Assembly: GCA_963781705.1 (NCBI GenBank)
Contig: CAWAGP010000001.1
Location: 135,406 to 199,405, forward strand
From: an uncultured Chloroflexia bacterium
GTDB lineage: Bacteria > Chloroflexota > Limnocylindria > Limnocylindrales > CSP1-4
Direction: 5' to 3'
DNA: 64,000 nucleotides
Numbering within the stretch: the stretch's first letter is position 1; the number at the start of each line of letters is the position of its first letter. Under the pieces are notes generated by a model. It was not told where the DNA came from. It did no database searches and saw only the letters and a program-made list of their open reading frames with translations. This document shows positions 43,810-53,508 of this stretch, piece after piece. The translations under genes and the position numbers were made by a program.

Positions 43810-46800
43810 TCACTCTCCATCCTGCGATTGTCGCCCGGGTGCACGAGTCGGCGCAGGGTGTTTCAGCGCATTGGGCTTGGCTGCGGCCGGCTTGGGCGCA
43901 CCCGGCTTGATCGCGGCCTTGGGCGGTCTGGTCGACGCCCACTTGGGCGGGTCGGCGATCGCGCGCTCCAATCGTGCAAGGCGATAGCCGGAGCGCTCGG
44001 CGGCGCGCGCCAGTCCGGCCGCATCGGGCAACTCGAGCCACTCGACCGCCTCTTCGAAGCGCTCGCGGTTGAACCACGTCACGCCTTCGTGCTCGTTGAC
44101 ACCGATCGCGCGGCGGAAGTGCTCGTCCTGCAGCAGCTCCTGCGGCCGGCGGCCGTTGGCGGCGCTCGACGCGCGCTTGGCCGCGGGGCGGTCGAGCAGC
44201 AGTGCCACCAGGTCCGCGTTGGGCCACACCTTGTCGATGCGCCACTCGTAGATCCATTTGCCGCGTGCCAGCTCGGGCTGATGCGCGCCGACGAGCTCTT
44301 CGACGTCGCGCGCCAGCGTGCGCTGGGTCGCCGCTTCGCCGGACTCGTCGTCGTGCGCAACCGTCTCGATGCCGAGCAGCGCAGCGGCCGCCGCCAGCAC
44401 GGCGCCGGCGTCTTCGCCGCGCAATGCATCGTGCAGCGGCTCGAGTTCGAGGTCGCGCAGCGCTTCGGCGATCGAGGGGACTCCCCGGCCATCGAGTTGC
44501 GCGGCGAGCTGTGCGTAGCGGCCGTCCGTGTCGCGCACGTCGCGCAACTCGACGAACGCGTGGCACGAATAGGCGTGCAGCTCCAGGTACATGCCCTGCT
44601 CGGACAGCTCCTTGTGCGAGTGGAGGTGCTCCAGGCCCGACCGCGCATCACGCATGATCAGGAAGTCGGCCGGGTCGTTCGACAAACCCAGGCCGTGCCC
44701 GAGCGACGCGCCGGTGACCGCCGCGACCCGGATCCAGCCGGCAGTTTCCGCGTACTTGTTGTGGTAGACGACCAGCGATCGCTCGCCGTCGCGCCGGTTC
44801 GAGAACGCGAAGACGTCCTCGTTGACCGAACCGCCCGCGTAGAAGTCGTATAGCGCGAAGTCGGCCACCTCGGCGAAAAGCGCCCGACGGTGGAGCAGCG
44901 GGAAGATCTCGCGCTCGTGGCGGGCAATCAGGTCCGCGTCGGGCGTCTCGTCGAGATAAGCGCGCCGGTACTCCATGCCGTAGCGCTCGGCGTAGCCCTC
45001 CACCTGGCCGTGGCCGAACATCGGCAGCCCGGGCATGGTCGCCAGCACGGTGGCCACGCCGAAATACTTGTCGCCCTTGCCGAACTGGTCGACTGCCGTG
45101 CGCTCGTCGGGGTTGTTCATGAAGTTGACGTAGCGCTTGAGGATCTGGGAGTCGAACTCGAGCGTGTTCTTGATGACCAGCCGGTACTCGGCGTTCTTCT
45201 CGTCGCGCATCATGTTCATGAACGCGCTGTTGTAGACGCGGTGCATGCCCAGCGTGCGCACGAAATAGCCTTCCATCAGCCAGAAGGCCTCGGCGAGCAG
45301 CAGCGTCTCGGGCGCCTCGGCAGCGACGCGATCGACCACCTCGCGCCAGAACTCGACCGGCATGGCGCGCTCGAAGTCGGCCTTCTTCATGGCGTACTCG
45401 GCACGCGACGGGATCGCCCCGCCGCTGCCCGGCTCGGGATACCAGAGCCGCTCGACGTGTCGTTTGGCGAGCGTCATCGCCGCGTCGAAGCGGATGATCG
45501 GGAACTGGCGCGCGACGTGCAGGATGGTCTGGATGACCGCCTCGCGCACCTCCGCCTTGAGGTAGTCGAGCTGCGCGGTGTCATTCCACGGCATGGAGGT
45601 GCCGTCGTTGCCGTGATAGATGAAGCGCTCCTGGCCGCTCCAGCGATCGACGCGCTTGAACGTCACCGCGGCGTCGGTGTTGTCGTAGTAGTGGTCCTCG
45701 ATGTAGACGCCGACGCGCTGGTCGGACGAGAGATTCGGCCCGTTGTACGTGTACGCCGGATAGGGTGGATCAGGGCGCGACATGAACCAGTCGGGATGCT
45801 CCATCACCCAGCGCGAGTCGATGCCCATGTGGTTGGGCACCATGTCGCTCGCCAGGCGGACACCACGTGACCAGGCCCGGTCGCGCAGGTTGCGATATGC
45901 CTCGTCGCCACCGAGGTCGTCGGCGATCTGGTAGTCCATCAGCGAGTAGGCCGACGCGACCGCCTCGGGATTGCCGCGCAACTGCTTGATCTCGCGCGAC
46001 GCGCGGCTGCGCTCCCACAGGCCGATCAGCCACAGCCCGGTGAAGCCGCGCGCGCCGATGGCATCCAGTTCCTCGTCGGGTATCTGGTCCAGCCGCCAGA
46101 TCGGCCGGCCATACTCACGCGACAGCTGATCGAGCCATACGTAGGTGCTCTTGGCCAGCAGCACGACGCGCGGCATCCAGTCGAGATCGCGGCTGAAGCG
46201 CTCGTCCTCCGGCTCGCCGGCCGCCGCGGCGAAGCCATGCAGCGCGGCCGTGTCGCCGGCGCCGGCATCGGCTGCCCCGCCGTGCGTCGCGTGGAAGCGC
46301 ATCCACAATGCGCGCTCCTCCTCCGAGAGCACGTCGAGGCCGATCACCAGCCGGTCGCCGAACTTCTCGGCCACGAAGCCCCAGCGTTCGGTCATCCAGC
46401 GCAACTGGCTGGCCAGTGAGGCCGGGGCCTCGAGTGCAGGGCGCCGCAGCAGGCTGAGCAGATCGTCGTTTTCGGGCCCGAAAGTCGGCTGCGTCTTGAA
46501 GAACGCCGCCAGGCCACGCAGCGCCGCGACATAGGCACTGCCGTCCTCGAGCGGCGTGTCGTCGAACAACTCCCCGTACGGCGCGAAAGCCGGGTTCATG
46601 TTGGCCAGCCAGAGCAGCATCAGTTCCTCGAGCGCGATCTCGCGATTCGACCGGCCGTCCGTGTCGCCGGCGAGGTAATCCGCGGCCGACTGCTCGCCGC
46701 GGTAGGCGACGAGCGGCGGGAAATGCTCCACGAACGTCGTCAGCGTCGCCTCCAGGACGGCTTCGCCCAGCCGCCGGCGGAGGTCATCGAGCGCCGCTGC

Positions 46801-47079
46801 CATCGCGTCCGGCTTGCGCTCGCGTCGGTACAGCTCAACCACGAAGTGCAGCACCTCATCGACGAGGCCCATCGCGTTGATGTCCCCGGCGCGCACAGCG
46901 GCGCTCGGGTCGGCGACCAGGTCGCGCTGCTCATTCATCAGCTGCGCGAAGCGGCGCGCGGCCGCGTAGTCGACGAAGACGACGTTGCCGCTGGTGCTGA
47001 ACAGCGCCTCATCGAAGCGGTAACGCTCGCGCGCCGCGCGCGACACGTGGAACTCGAAGGTCAGCGGACGAGAATTCAT
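43810..47079 (-). CDS. Large GH13 alpha-amylase-family protein (1089 aa) with an N-terminal domain of about 400 aa of unknown function
   Basis: ATG at 47079. The GH13 region I-like motif is DMVPNHMG. It is unlike GlgB/TreY/TreZ in length and domain order. Confidence 0.7.
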   Translation of the reverse strand: MNSRPLTFEFHVSRAARERYRFDEALFSTSGNVVFVDYAAARRFAQLMNEQRDLVADPSAAVRAGDINAMGLVDEVLHFVVELYRRERKPDAMAAALDDLRRRLGEAVLEATLTTFVEHFPPLVAYRGEQSAADYLAGDTDGRSNREIALEELMLLWLANMNPAFAPYGELFDDTPLEDGSAYVAALRGLAAFFKTQPTFGPENDDLLSLLRRPALEAPASLASQLRWMTERWGFVAEKFGDRLVIGLDVLSEEERALWMRFHATHGGAADAGAGDTAALHGFAAAAGEPEDERFSRDLDWMPRVVLLAKSTYVWLDQLSREYGRPIWRLDQIPDEELDAIGARGFTGLWLIGLWERSRASREIKQLRGNPEAVASAYSLMDYQIADDLGGDEAYRNLRDRAWSRGVRLASDMVPNHMGIDSRWVMEHPDWFMSRPDPPYPAYTYNGPNLSSDQRVGVYIEDHYYDNTDAAVTFKRVDRWSGQERFIYHGNDGTSMPWNDTAQLDYLKAEVREAVIQTILHVARQFPIIRFDAAMTLAKRHVERLWYPEPGSGGAIPSRAEYAMKKADFERAMPVEFWREVVDRVAAEAPETLLLAEAFWLMEGYFVRTLGMHRVYNSAFMNMMRDEKNAEYRLVIKNTLEFDSQILKRYVNFMNNPDERTAVDQFGKGDKYFGVATVLATMPGLPMFGHGQVEGYAERYGMEYRRAYLDETPDADLIARHEREIFPLLHRRALFAEVADFALYDFYAGGSVNEDVFAFSNRRDGERSLVVYHNKYAETAGWIRVAAVTGASLGHGLGLSNDPADFLIMRDARSGLEHLHSHKELSEQGMYLELHAYSCHAFVELRDVRDTDGRYAQLAAQLDGRGVPSIAEALRDLELEPLHDALRGEDAGAVLAAAAALLGIETVAHDDESGEAATQRTLARDVEELVGAHQPELARGKWIYEWRIDKVWPNADLVALLLDRPAAKRASSAANGRRPQELLQDEHFRRAIGVNEHEGVTWFNRERFEEAVEWLELPDAAGLARAAERSGYRLARLERAIADPPKWASTRPPKAAIKPGAPKPAAAKPNALKHPAPTRAPGRQSQDGE

Positions 47080-47150
47080 TGCGACCAATGCTGACCCACT
47101 CGGCGCGATCGCGCCAGTCCCCGGCTTGGCGGCATCGCTAATCTGGCCCA

Positions 47151-48329
47151 ATGACCAACGCGCTATTGCGCTTGCCCTCGCTGGTGCGCCGCATCGCACT
47201 GGCTGCCGGCTCGCTGGCCATCCTCGTACCGGCGATCGCTGCGCCGGCGGCCGCAGCTTCGCTGGACGTGTCGCTCGTCCAAAGCGGCTTCGTCGACCCG
47301 GTCATGGTCACCAACGCCGGCGACGACCGGCTGTTCGTGGTGCAGCAGACCGGCCAGATCGAGATCGTCGGCGGGGGTACTTTCCTCGACATCTCGGACA
47401 AGGTTGCGTGTTGCGGCGAGCAGGGACTGCTCAGCGTCGCCTTCCACCCCGACTACGCGAGCAACGGGCTCTTCTACGTCTATTACACGCGCGCGTCGGA
47501 CGGAGCGGCCGTCATCGCCGAATACCAGCGCTCTGCCGCGGATCCGGATGTTGCCGACCCCAACAGCGAGCGCATCCTGCTCAGCTTCGCCGAGCCCTAC
47601 GCCAACCACAATGGGGGCTGGATGGGCTTCAAGGGCCCCTACCTGTACATCTCGACCGGCGACGGGGGCAGTGGCGGCGATCCCCAGAACCATGCCCAGG
47701 ACGTCACCAGTTACCTGGGCAAAATCCTGCGCATCAACCCGCTCGATCCCGACGGCGCCGGCCGGAAGCGCTACAGCGTTCCGCGCAGCAACCCGTTCGT
47801 CGGGCGGCATGGCCTCAACGCGATCTGGTCATATGGGCTGCGCAACCCGTGGCGCTGCTCGTTCGACTACACGACCGGGCTGCTGTGGTGCGGTGACGTG
47901 GGCCAGAACGCGTACGAGGAGATCGATCGCGTCAAGACCAAGCGCAGCTTCAACTTCGGTTGGCGGCTGATCGAGGGCCGCCACTACTACAACGACCCCG
48001 GCCAGACCCAGGGCGACCTGTGTACGGGCGGCTGTCACAAGCTGCCGGTGATCGAATACGCCCACAGTGACTTCGGTGGCAACAACTGCGCGGTGACCGG
48101 CGGCTACGTCTCGCGTCGGCCGGGAGCGGCGTTGAACGGCGACTACGTGTTCGGCGACTACTGCTCGGGCAACGTGTGGGTCATTCCCGCCAGCTTCAAG
48201 AGAGCCGACTCACTGCCCATGCCGTTCACCACGTCGTTCACCATCAGCGCCTTCGGCGAAGGCGGTGACGGCCGGCTGTACGTGGTCGACTACAACGGCG
48301 GGGCGATCTACCAGCTGACCGACAGCTGA
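47151..48329 (+). CDS. Secreted PQQ-dependent sugar dehydrogenase (soluble glucose/sorbosone dehydrogenase-like beta-propeller)
   Basis: Signal peptide. An HPDYASNGLFYVYY-type motif. 392 aa. Confidence 0.7.
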   Translation: MTNALLRLPSLVRRIALAAGSLAILVPAIAAPAAAASLDVSLVQSGFVDPVMVTNAGDDRLFVVQQTGQIEIVGGGTFLDISDKVACCGEQGLLSVAFHPDYASNGLFYVYYTRASDGAAVIAEYQRSAADPDVADPNSERILLSFAEPYANHNGGWMGFKGPYLYISTGDGGSGGDPQNHAQDVTSYLGKILRINPLDPDGAGRKRYSVPRSNPFVGRHGLNAIWSYGLRNPWRCSFDYTTGLLWCGDVGQNAYEEIDRVKTKRSFNFGWRLIEGRHYYNDPGQTQGDLCTGGCHKLPVIEYAHSDFGGNNCAVTGGYVSRRPGAALNGDYVFGDYCSGNVWVIPASFKRADSLPMPFTTSFTISAFGEGGDGRLYVVDYNGGAIYQLTDS

Positions 48330-48368
48330 TCAACGGCTGAGCCGCGCCTTGGGGCAAGCCGGCCGGCG

Positions 48369-49046
48369 CTACCCGTAGTAGCGCTGCCACAGGTACTCGC
48401 GCAGGCTCAGGCCGCTGTCGTGCACCTGCGCCGCCATCTCGCGTCCGACGTAGCGGTAATGCCACGGCTCGTAGCGGTAGCAGGTGAGGGTCGGGTCGCG
48501 GTACGGGTAACTCATGATGAAGCCGAAGCGCCAGGCGTTCTGCGCCATCCAGGCACCGGTGCCGCCAAAGTCGATCGCCGTGCCCAGTTGGTGCTCCGAG
48601 TGGCCCGCTCGCGCCGCCCGCAGACGGCCCTTGACCGGGCCCAGCAGGGCGACCTCGGCGCGGAAGAGCTTGCGCTGCTGGCGGTAGCTGCGATACGCGG
48701 AAACGACGCGAATGGGTGTGCCGTTGGCGGCCGCCGCCTCCGCCAGCGCGGTCAGGTCGGGGATGACCAGGGCGCGCACGTACTGCTTGCGCGCCAGCCC
48801 CGCCGCAGCCGTCGAAACCAGGTCGGGCGGCACGTAATTGCGAGGCAGCCGCAGCGCCGTGTCGACCAGCGTGATCCGCCAGTCCGCCGCCGACGTATAG
48901 CGGGTCATGACGTTCGAGTACGTGCAAGCCGGCAACGGCGCCGTCGACGCGAGCGCGGTCTGCGGCGCCAGGCTCGGCACGAGCGCGGTGGTGGTGAACG
49001 TCAGCACCAGCGCGAACGCCCGCGCCCAGCGTGAGAGGCTGAACAT
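48369..49046 (-). CDS. D-Ala-D-Ala carboxypeptidase / VanY-like M15 peptidase, secreted
   Basis: Signal peptide. The metal-binding motif SEHQLGTAIDF. The start may instead be ATG 49100. The N-terminal part of the long ORF to 50891 is a GC-frame artefact. Confidence 0.65.
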   Translation of the reverse strand: MFSLSRWARAFALVLTFTTTALVPSLAPQTALASTAPLPACTYSNVMTRYTSAADWRITLVDTALRLPRNYVPPDLVSTAAAGLARKQYVRALVIPDLTALAEAAAANGTPIRVVSAYRSYRQQRKLFRAEVALLGPVKGRLRAARAGHSEHQLGTAIDFGGTGAWMAQNAWRFGFIMSYPYRDPTLTCYRYEPWHYRYVGREMAAQVHDSGLSLREYLWQRYYG

Positions 49047-49100
49047 CACGCCCAACCCTAGCCGAGCGGCAGACCCGGCGACCAGTAACCTTCTGGCCAT

Positions 49101-50645
49101 ATGAAGGGACGCGCCTTCGCGTGGGCACTGGCGGGCGCGGCATCGGCGGCACTCGCGGTCGGCGTCGGCGAGATCTGCGCAGCCGTGTTCGGCGGCAGCT
49201 CGATCATCGGCGCGGTGGGCGCGCTGGTGATCAGCCTCCAGCCGCCCGGTGGCAAGGACCTCATGGTTGCCCTGTTCGGCACCAACGACAAGGCGGCGCT
49301 CGAGATCATGACCGGCATCGGCGGCCTGGCCGTGGGCGCCATCTTTGGGCTGCTGGCCGGTCGCGACATGCGGCTCGCGCTGGGCGCCTTCGTGCTCTTC
49401 GGCGTCGCCGGCTTGACGCTCATCCTGCAGGACCCGCTGGCCACGCCGGTGTCCGCCGCGGTCAGCGTCGTGCCGGCCGTGGTCGTTGGCATTTTCTCCC
49501 TGACGTGGCTGGCTGACCTGATCGGCCGCTCCACGCTGGCCGGTCCGGCTGGCGTGGCAGCGGTGGCCGGGCGGTCGCCGCTGCCGCGCCGCAACTTCCT
49601 GATCCTGGGCAGCTCGGCCCTGGCGGCCGGCGGCCTGCTGGCGGTGATCAGCCGCTACCTGGGCACATCGTCGTTCGGGCCGGTCGCCTCGCCGGGCGCC
49701 ATCCCGTCGCCGGGGGAGACCGCTGCGCCACTCCCCGCCGGCGCCGACTTCAACATCAACGGCCTCACCCCGATCGTCGTCCCGAACGCCGACTTCTACC
49801 GCATCGACACCCGCCTCGACACTCCCCGCATCGACGCCACGACCTGGTCGCTGCGCATTCACGGCATGGTCGACCAAGAGGTCACGCTGACCTACGACGA
49901 CCTGCTGGCGATGCCCCTGGCCGAGCAGTATGTGACCATCTCGTGCGTCTCCAACGACGTCGGCGGGCACCTGGTCGGGAACGCCAAGTGGACCGGCACG
50001 CCGCTCGTCCCGCTGCTCCAGCGGGCCGGCGTGCAGACCGCTGCGACGCAGGTCGTCGGCCGCGCGTTCGACGGCTTCACGGTCGGCTTCCCCACCGCGC
50101 ACCTGTCCGGCGCCGGGGCCGATGCCATGGTCGTGGTCGAGATGAACGGCGAGCCGCTGCCGGCGCAGCACGGCTTCCCGGCGCGCCTCATCGTGCCCGG
50201 TCTGTTCGGCTACGTCTCGGCGACCAAGTGGCTGACCGAGATCGAGCTGACCACGCTGGAGGCTTTCGACGCCTACTGGGTGCCGCTCGGTTGGTCCAAG
50301 CTGGGCCCGATCCTGACCCAGTCGCGCATCGACCTGCCGCGCCCTGGCACGCGGGTGACCGCCGGCCAGGTGCAGGTCGCGGGGGTCGCCTGGGCGCCCA
50401 CCCGCGGCGTCGCCAAGGTGGAGGTCCAGCTCGACGGCGGCGCCTGGCAGCAGGCCGAGCTGTCGGTGCCCATCGCCGACACGACCTGGGTGCAGTGGCG
50501 AACCATGCTGCCCGTGTCGGCCGGCGACCACCAGCTCCAGGTCCGCGCCACGGACGGCACGGGCGAAACGCAGACCGCCGAGCGCACGCCGCCCGCCCCG
50601 AGCGGAGCGCGCGGCTACCACATGATCAGCTTCACCGCGACCTGA
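49101..50645 (+). CDS. Membrane-anchored molybdopterin-dependent oxidoreductase (sulfite-oxidase/YedY family)
   Basis: N-terminal TM helices. A Mo-cofactor domain with the conserved Cys region VTISCVSN and a C-terminal dimerisation-like domain. Confidence 0.75.
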   Translation: MKGRAFAWALAGAASAALAVGVGEICAAVFGGSSIIGAVGALVISLQPPGGKDLMVALFGTNDKAALEIMTGIGGLAVGAIFGLLAGRDMRLALGAFVLFGVAGLTLILQDPLATPVSAAVSVVPAVVVGIFSLTWLADLIGRSTLAGPAGVAAVAGRSPLPRRNFLILGSSALAAGGLLAVISRYLGTSSFGPVASPGAIPSPGETAAPLPAGADFNINGLTPIVVPNADFYRIDTRLDTPRIDATTWSLRIHGMVDQEVTLTYDDLLAMPLAEQYVTISCVSNDVGGHLVGNAKWTGTPLVPLLQRAGVQTAATQVVGRAFDGFTVGFPTAHLSGAGADAMVVVEMNGEPLPAQHGFPARLIVPGLFGYVSATKWLTEIELTTLEAFDAYWVPLGWSKLGPILTQSRIDLPRPGTRVTAGQVQVAGVAWAPTRGVAKVEVQLDGGAWQQAELSVPIADTTWVQWRTMLPVSAGDHQLQVRATDGTGETQTAERTPPAPSGARGYHMISFTAT

Positions 50646-50921
50646 GAGGCGGGTGGACCGGCGCGAGACGGCGCGAAACGGCTGGCCGCTTCCGCGCCTG
50701 CCAAGTGCACTCGGACGCATTTCGCTGCAAACGACGCTGATATCCGACCGTCGAGCGGATCTCGGCTGCATACGAGGCCGTTGAGGGTCGTTTCTTGAGG
50801 TTTGTCGGCTGAATCCCGTGAAAGCTCCGACCACCAGTCGGAATCCGCGCCGGTGCCCGCTATTGCCCGCCATTTGCCAGTGTCGCGACACTGCGTATCA
50901 GGGGAAGCGATCGGAGGACGA

Positions 50922-51578
50922 ATGGATGGCGCGCTGATCGAGCGGGCTCGGGCGGGCGACGCCGCGGCCCTCGATCAGATCGCGCGCGAAGCGATCGACT
51001 CGGTCTACCGCACGGCGGTCGGCATTCTGGGCAGCCCGGCCGAGGCGCGCGACGCGACACACGACGCGCTGATCTCCGCCCGCCGCTCGCTGCGGTCACT
51101 GGGCGAGGTCGGCCGCTTCGACACCTGGCTGCAGCGCATCACCGTCTACGCTGCGAAATCGGTCGCGCGCAACCGCCGGGGAGTTCGTGAGATCGCCGTC
51201 GCGCCGGCCGAACAGTCCGCCGGCTCCGGCCCCCCGAATGCGATCAGCGCGACCGACTTCGATCGGGCCTTCGAGCAGCTGACCATCGACCAGCGCGCCC
51301 AGCTGCTCGATTACGACCTTGGCGGAGGATCGGCTGCTGAGTCGGGCCCGCAATCCGCCCGCAGGGCGTTCGACCAGCGGCTGCGCCAGCTCGTAACGAC
51401 GAACAGGCTCGACGACGCCGAACTCGAGCGTCACCTCGCCCGACGCACCACGGCCACCATGACGCCCAACCAGCGTGAGGCGCTGCTCGTCGCGATCAGC
51501 GCCAACCGGGGTCGCGGCTGGCGTCGAACCGTCAGGCTGGCGGCGTCTGGCTCGCGCCCGTTGTGGCGGCAGTCGTGA
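50922..51578 (+). CDS. ECF sigma factor (copy 1), read in frame into an anti-sigma N-terminal segment
   Basis: ATG with SD GGAGGA. Sigma regions 2 and 4 are present. There is no stop where copy 2 has its ATGA sigma/anti-sigma junction. Confidence 0.65.
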   Translation: MDGALIERARAGDAAALDQIAREAIDSVYRTAVGILGSPAEARDATHDALISARRSLRSLGEVGRFDTWLQRITVYAAKSVARNRRGVREIAVAPAEQSAGSGPPNAISATDFDRAFEQLTIDQRAQLLDYDLGGGSAAESGPQSARRAFDQRLRQLVTTNRLDDAELERHLARRTTATMTPNQREALLVAISANRGRGWRRTVRLAASGSRPLWRQS

Positions 51579-52895
51579 TCGCCGTGGCGGTCGCGCCGAC
51601 GCTGCTGGGTGGACAGCAACCGTCCGCGTCGCCGGCCAACCTCGCCACCGGGTCGGCCATACCCGCCGGCCAGGAAGTGGCGACAAATGCGCCCGGTCCG
51701 TCAACAAGCGCCGGGTCGATCGTGACCTCGAGCACGGCGGCTCAGCCGGACGTCTACTCGGCGCAGCAGTTGGCGGCCATGATCGGCGACGCTGCCTGGG
51801 TCGGCCACTACGTCATCGCCCGGGCGCAACTCGCCTACATGCGGGCTCCACCGGTGGGACCGAATTGCTCGCCGCCGTACCCGTGCTACGTCGCAGTACT
51901 GGCCGGCGTCTCCGGCAACAACCTGCGTCACCGTTGGCTGGCGCGACGCGCCGGTCGGCCAGGGCATCCAGATCGTCGACCACGGCGAGCGCTGGGTGCA
52001 GCAACTGACCGTTCCCGCGGAACCCGGCCAGTACGCCTTCAAGGTCGCGACCGATTCAGTTGAGTACCTGGGCCCGGCACGCCTCGCCGCCGGCAGTGCG
52101 TGGGCCGTCCCGGATGCGCTGTCGTACACGCCCCAGCTCCCGAGCGACGACGTGTACGCGGTGAGTGGCTGGCTGGTCGGCACGTCACCCGCTCCGTGCG
52201 CCGGTCCGGCCGTGCCGCCGGAGGCGAACACCGACTACTGGTGCGGCGGCTCATGGCTGACCCAGGACGCCGAATCCACCGTGACCGCCACCGGCTCGCC
52301 CATCCTGCGCCAGCTCGACGGCCTGCCCTGCAGTGGGAGGCGTATCCCGACTTCGCAGCGAATCCGGTCACCAACGGGCCGGGCGGAGCGGAACCCAGGC
52401 AGGCCACCTACCTTGTCCGCCCGGCCGGCTGCCCGACGTTCGTGATGGCGCGAGTGCCCGGTGTGGCGAATGGTCGGCCGGCTCGACCAGTACGTGGTGC
52501 CCTCCCCGGCCGACGCGTACCCCGCCCAATTGGGCGGCGAACCGGTGCTGACGCCCGATCAGGCTCGCTCGCAGGCGATGACCAGCGCTTCGGCGACACC
52601 GTTCCTGGTCGGCGGTTGGGCGTCGTATGCAGTGCCCGAACTCTGCCCGCCTGATCCCGGCTTTCCCGACACGCCACTGCTCCAGAAGTGCGACGACGGT
52701 TACCGGCTCTACGGCTCGGCGGCAACCAGCGCGGACGACCCCGGCGTACCGCTGGCAGCGTCGGACATCGTCATCCCGTTGGCGCGCCCCATCGTGCTGC
52801 GCGTCCACAGCCACGATCCTGGCGCCACCGGGTGCCCAGCCGATTACGACGCCGCGTGCAGCGCGGCCATCGTGGTCGACGCCGTCGCCTGGTGA
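51563..52895 (+). pseudogene. Anti-sigma TM plus large extracytoplasmic repeat protein (copy 1), split across four reading frames
   Basis: The homologous segments appear in successive frames (starts 51563, about 51920, about 52325, 52461). Each aligns to the intact copy-2 protein (VEYLGP..., YWCGG, YLVRPAGC, WRMVGRLD, and a C-terminal Cys-containing domain). Confidence 0.55.
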
Positions 52896-52994
52896 CGCTC
52901 CCCAAGGACGAGAATCGGGACCGCCATCGGGGCGAATGAACCAAACCGTTCCACCGCGCATCTTGATTCATGGGAAGCGGAGATCGGAGGGTGA

Positions 52995-53508
52995 ATGGAC
53001 GGCGAGCTCGTCGAGCGTGCTCGGGCGGGTGATGCCGACGCCTTCGATCAGCTGGCCCGCGCGAGGATCGATGCGGTGTACCGGACGGCGATCGGCATCC
53101 TGGGCAACAGCGCCGACGCGCGCGACGCGACACAGGAAGCGCTCGTCTCCGCCTGGCGCTCGCTGCACTCGCTGCGCGACGTCGAGCACTTCGACGCGTG
53201 GCTGCATCGGATAACCGTCAACGCCGCGAGGATGGTCGCCCGCCGCCGGCGCGTGCGCGAAATCCCGATGACCGCCGACCTCGAGCAGGCCGACCTCGAC
53301 CCGGGTGCCGTCAGCTCCGGCCGACTTCGACGCCGCCTTCGACCGACTGTCCGTCGACCAGCGCGCCCTGCTCCTCGCCCACCACCTTGACGGAGAGTCG
53401 GTGGCCGACCTGGCCGTCCGACTCGGCATCCCCGAAGGCACGGTCAAGTCCCGGCTGCACACCGCCCGCCAGGCATTGGATAGAGCGCTGCCCGAGGGCG
53501 AGCGATGA
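52995..53508 (+). pseudogene. ECF sigma factor (copy 2), apparent single frameshift near 53301-53320
   Basis: Regions 2/3 are in frame A (52995-about 53304). Region 4 is in frame B (53305-53508, ...DFDAAFDRLSVDQRALLL...). By comparison with copy 1 it would be one continuous protein. Confidence 0.6.
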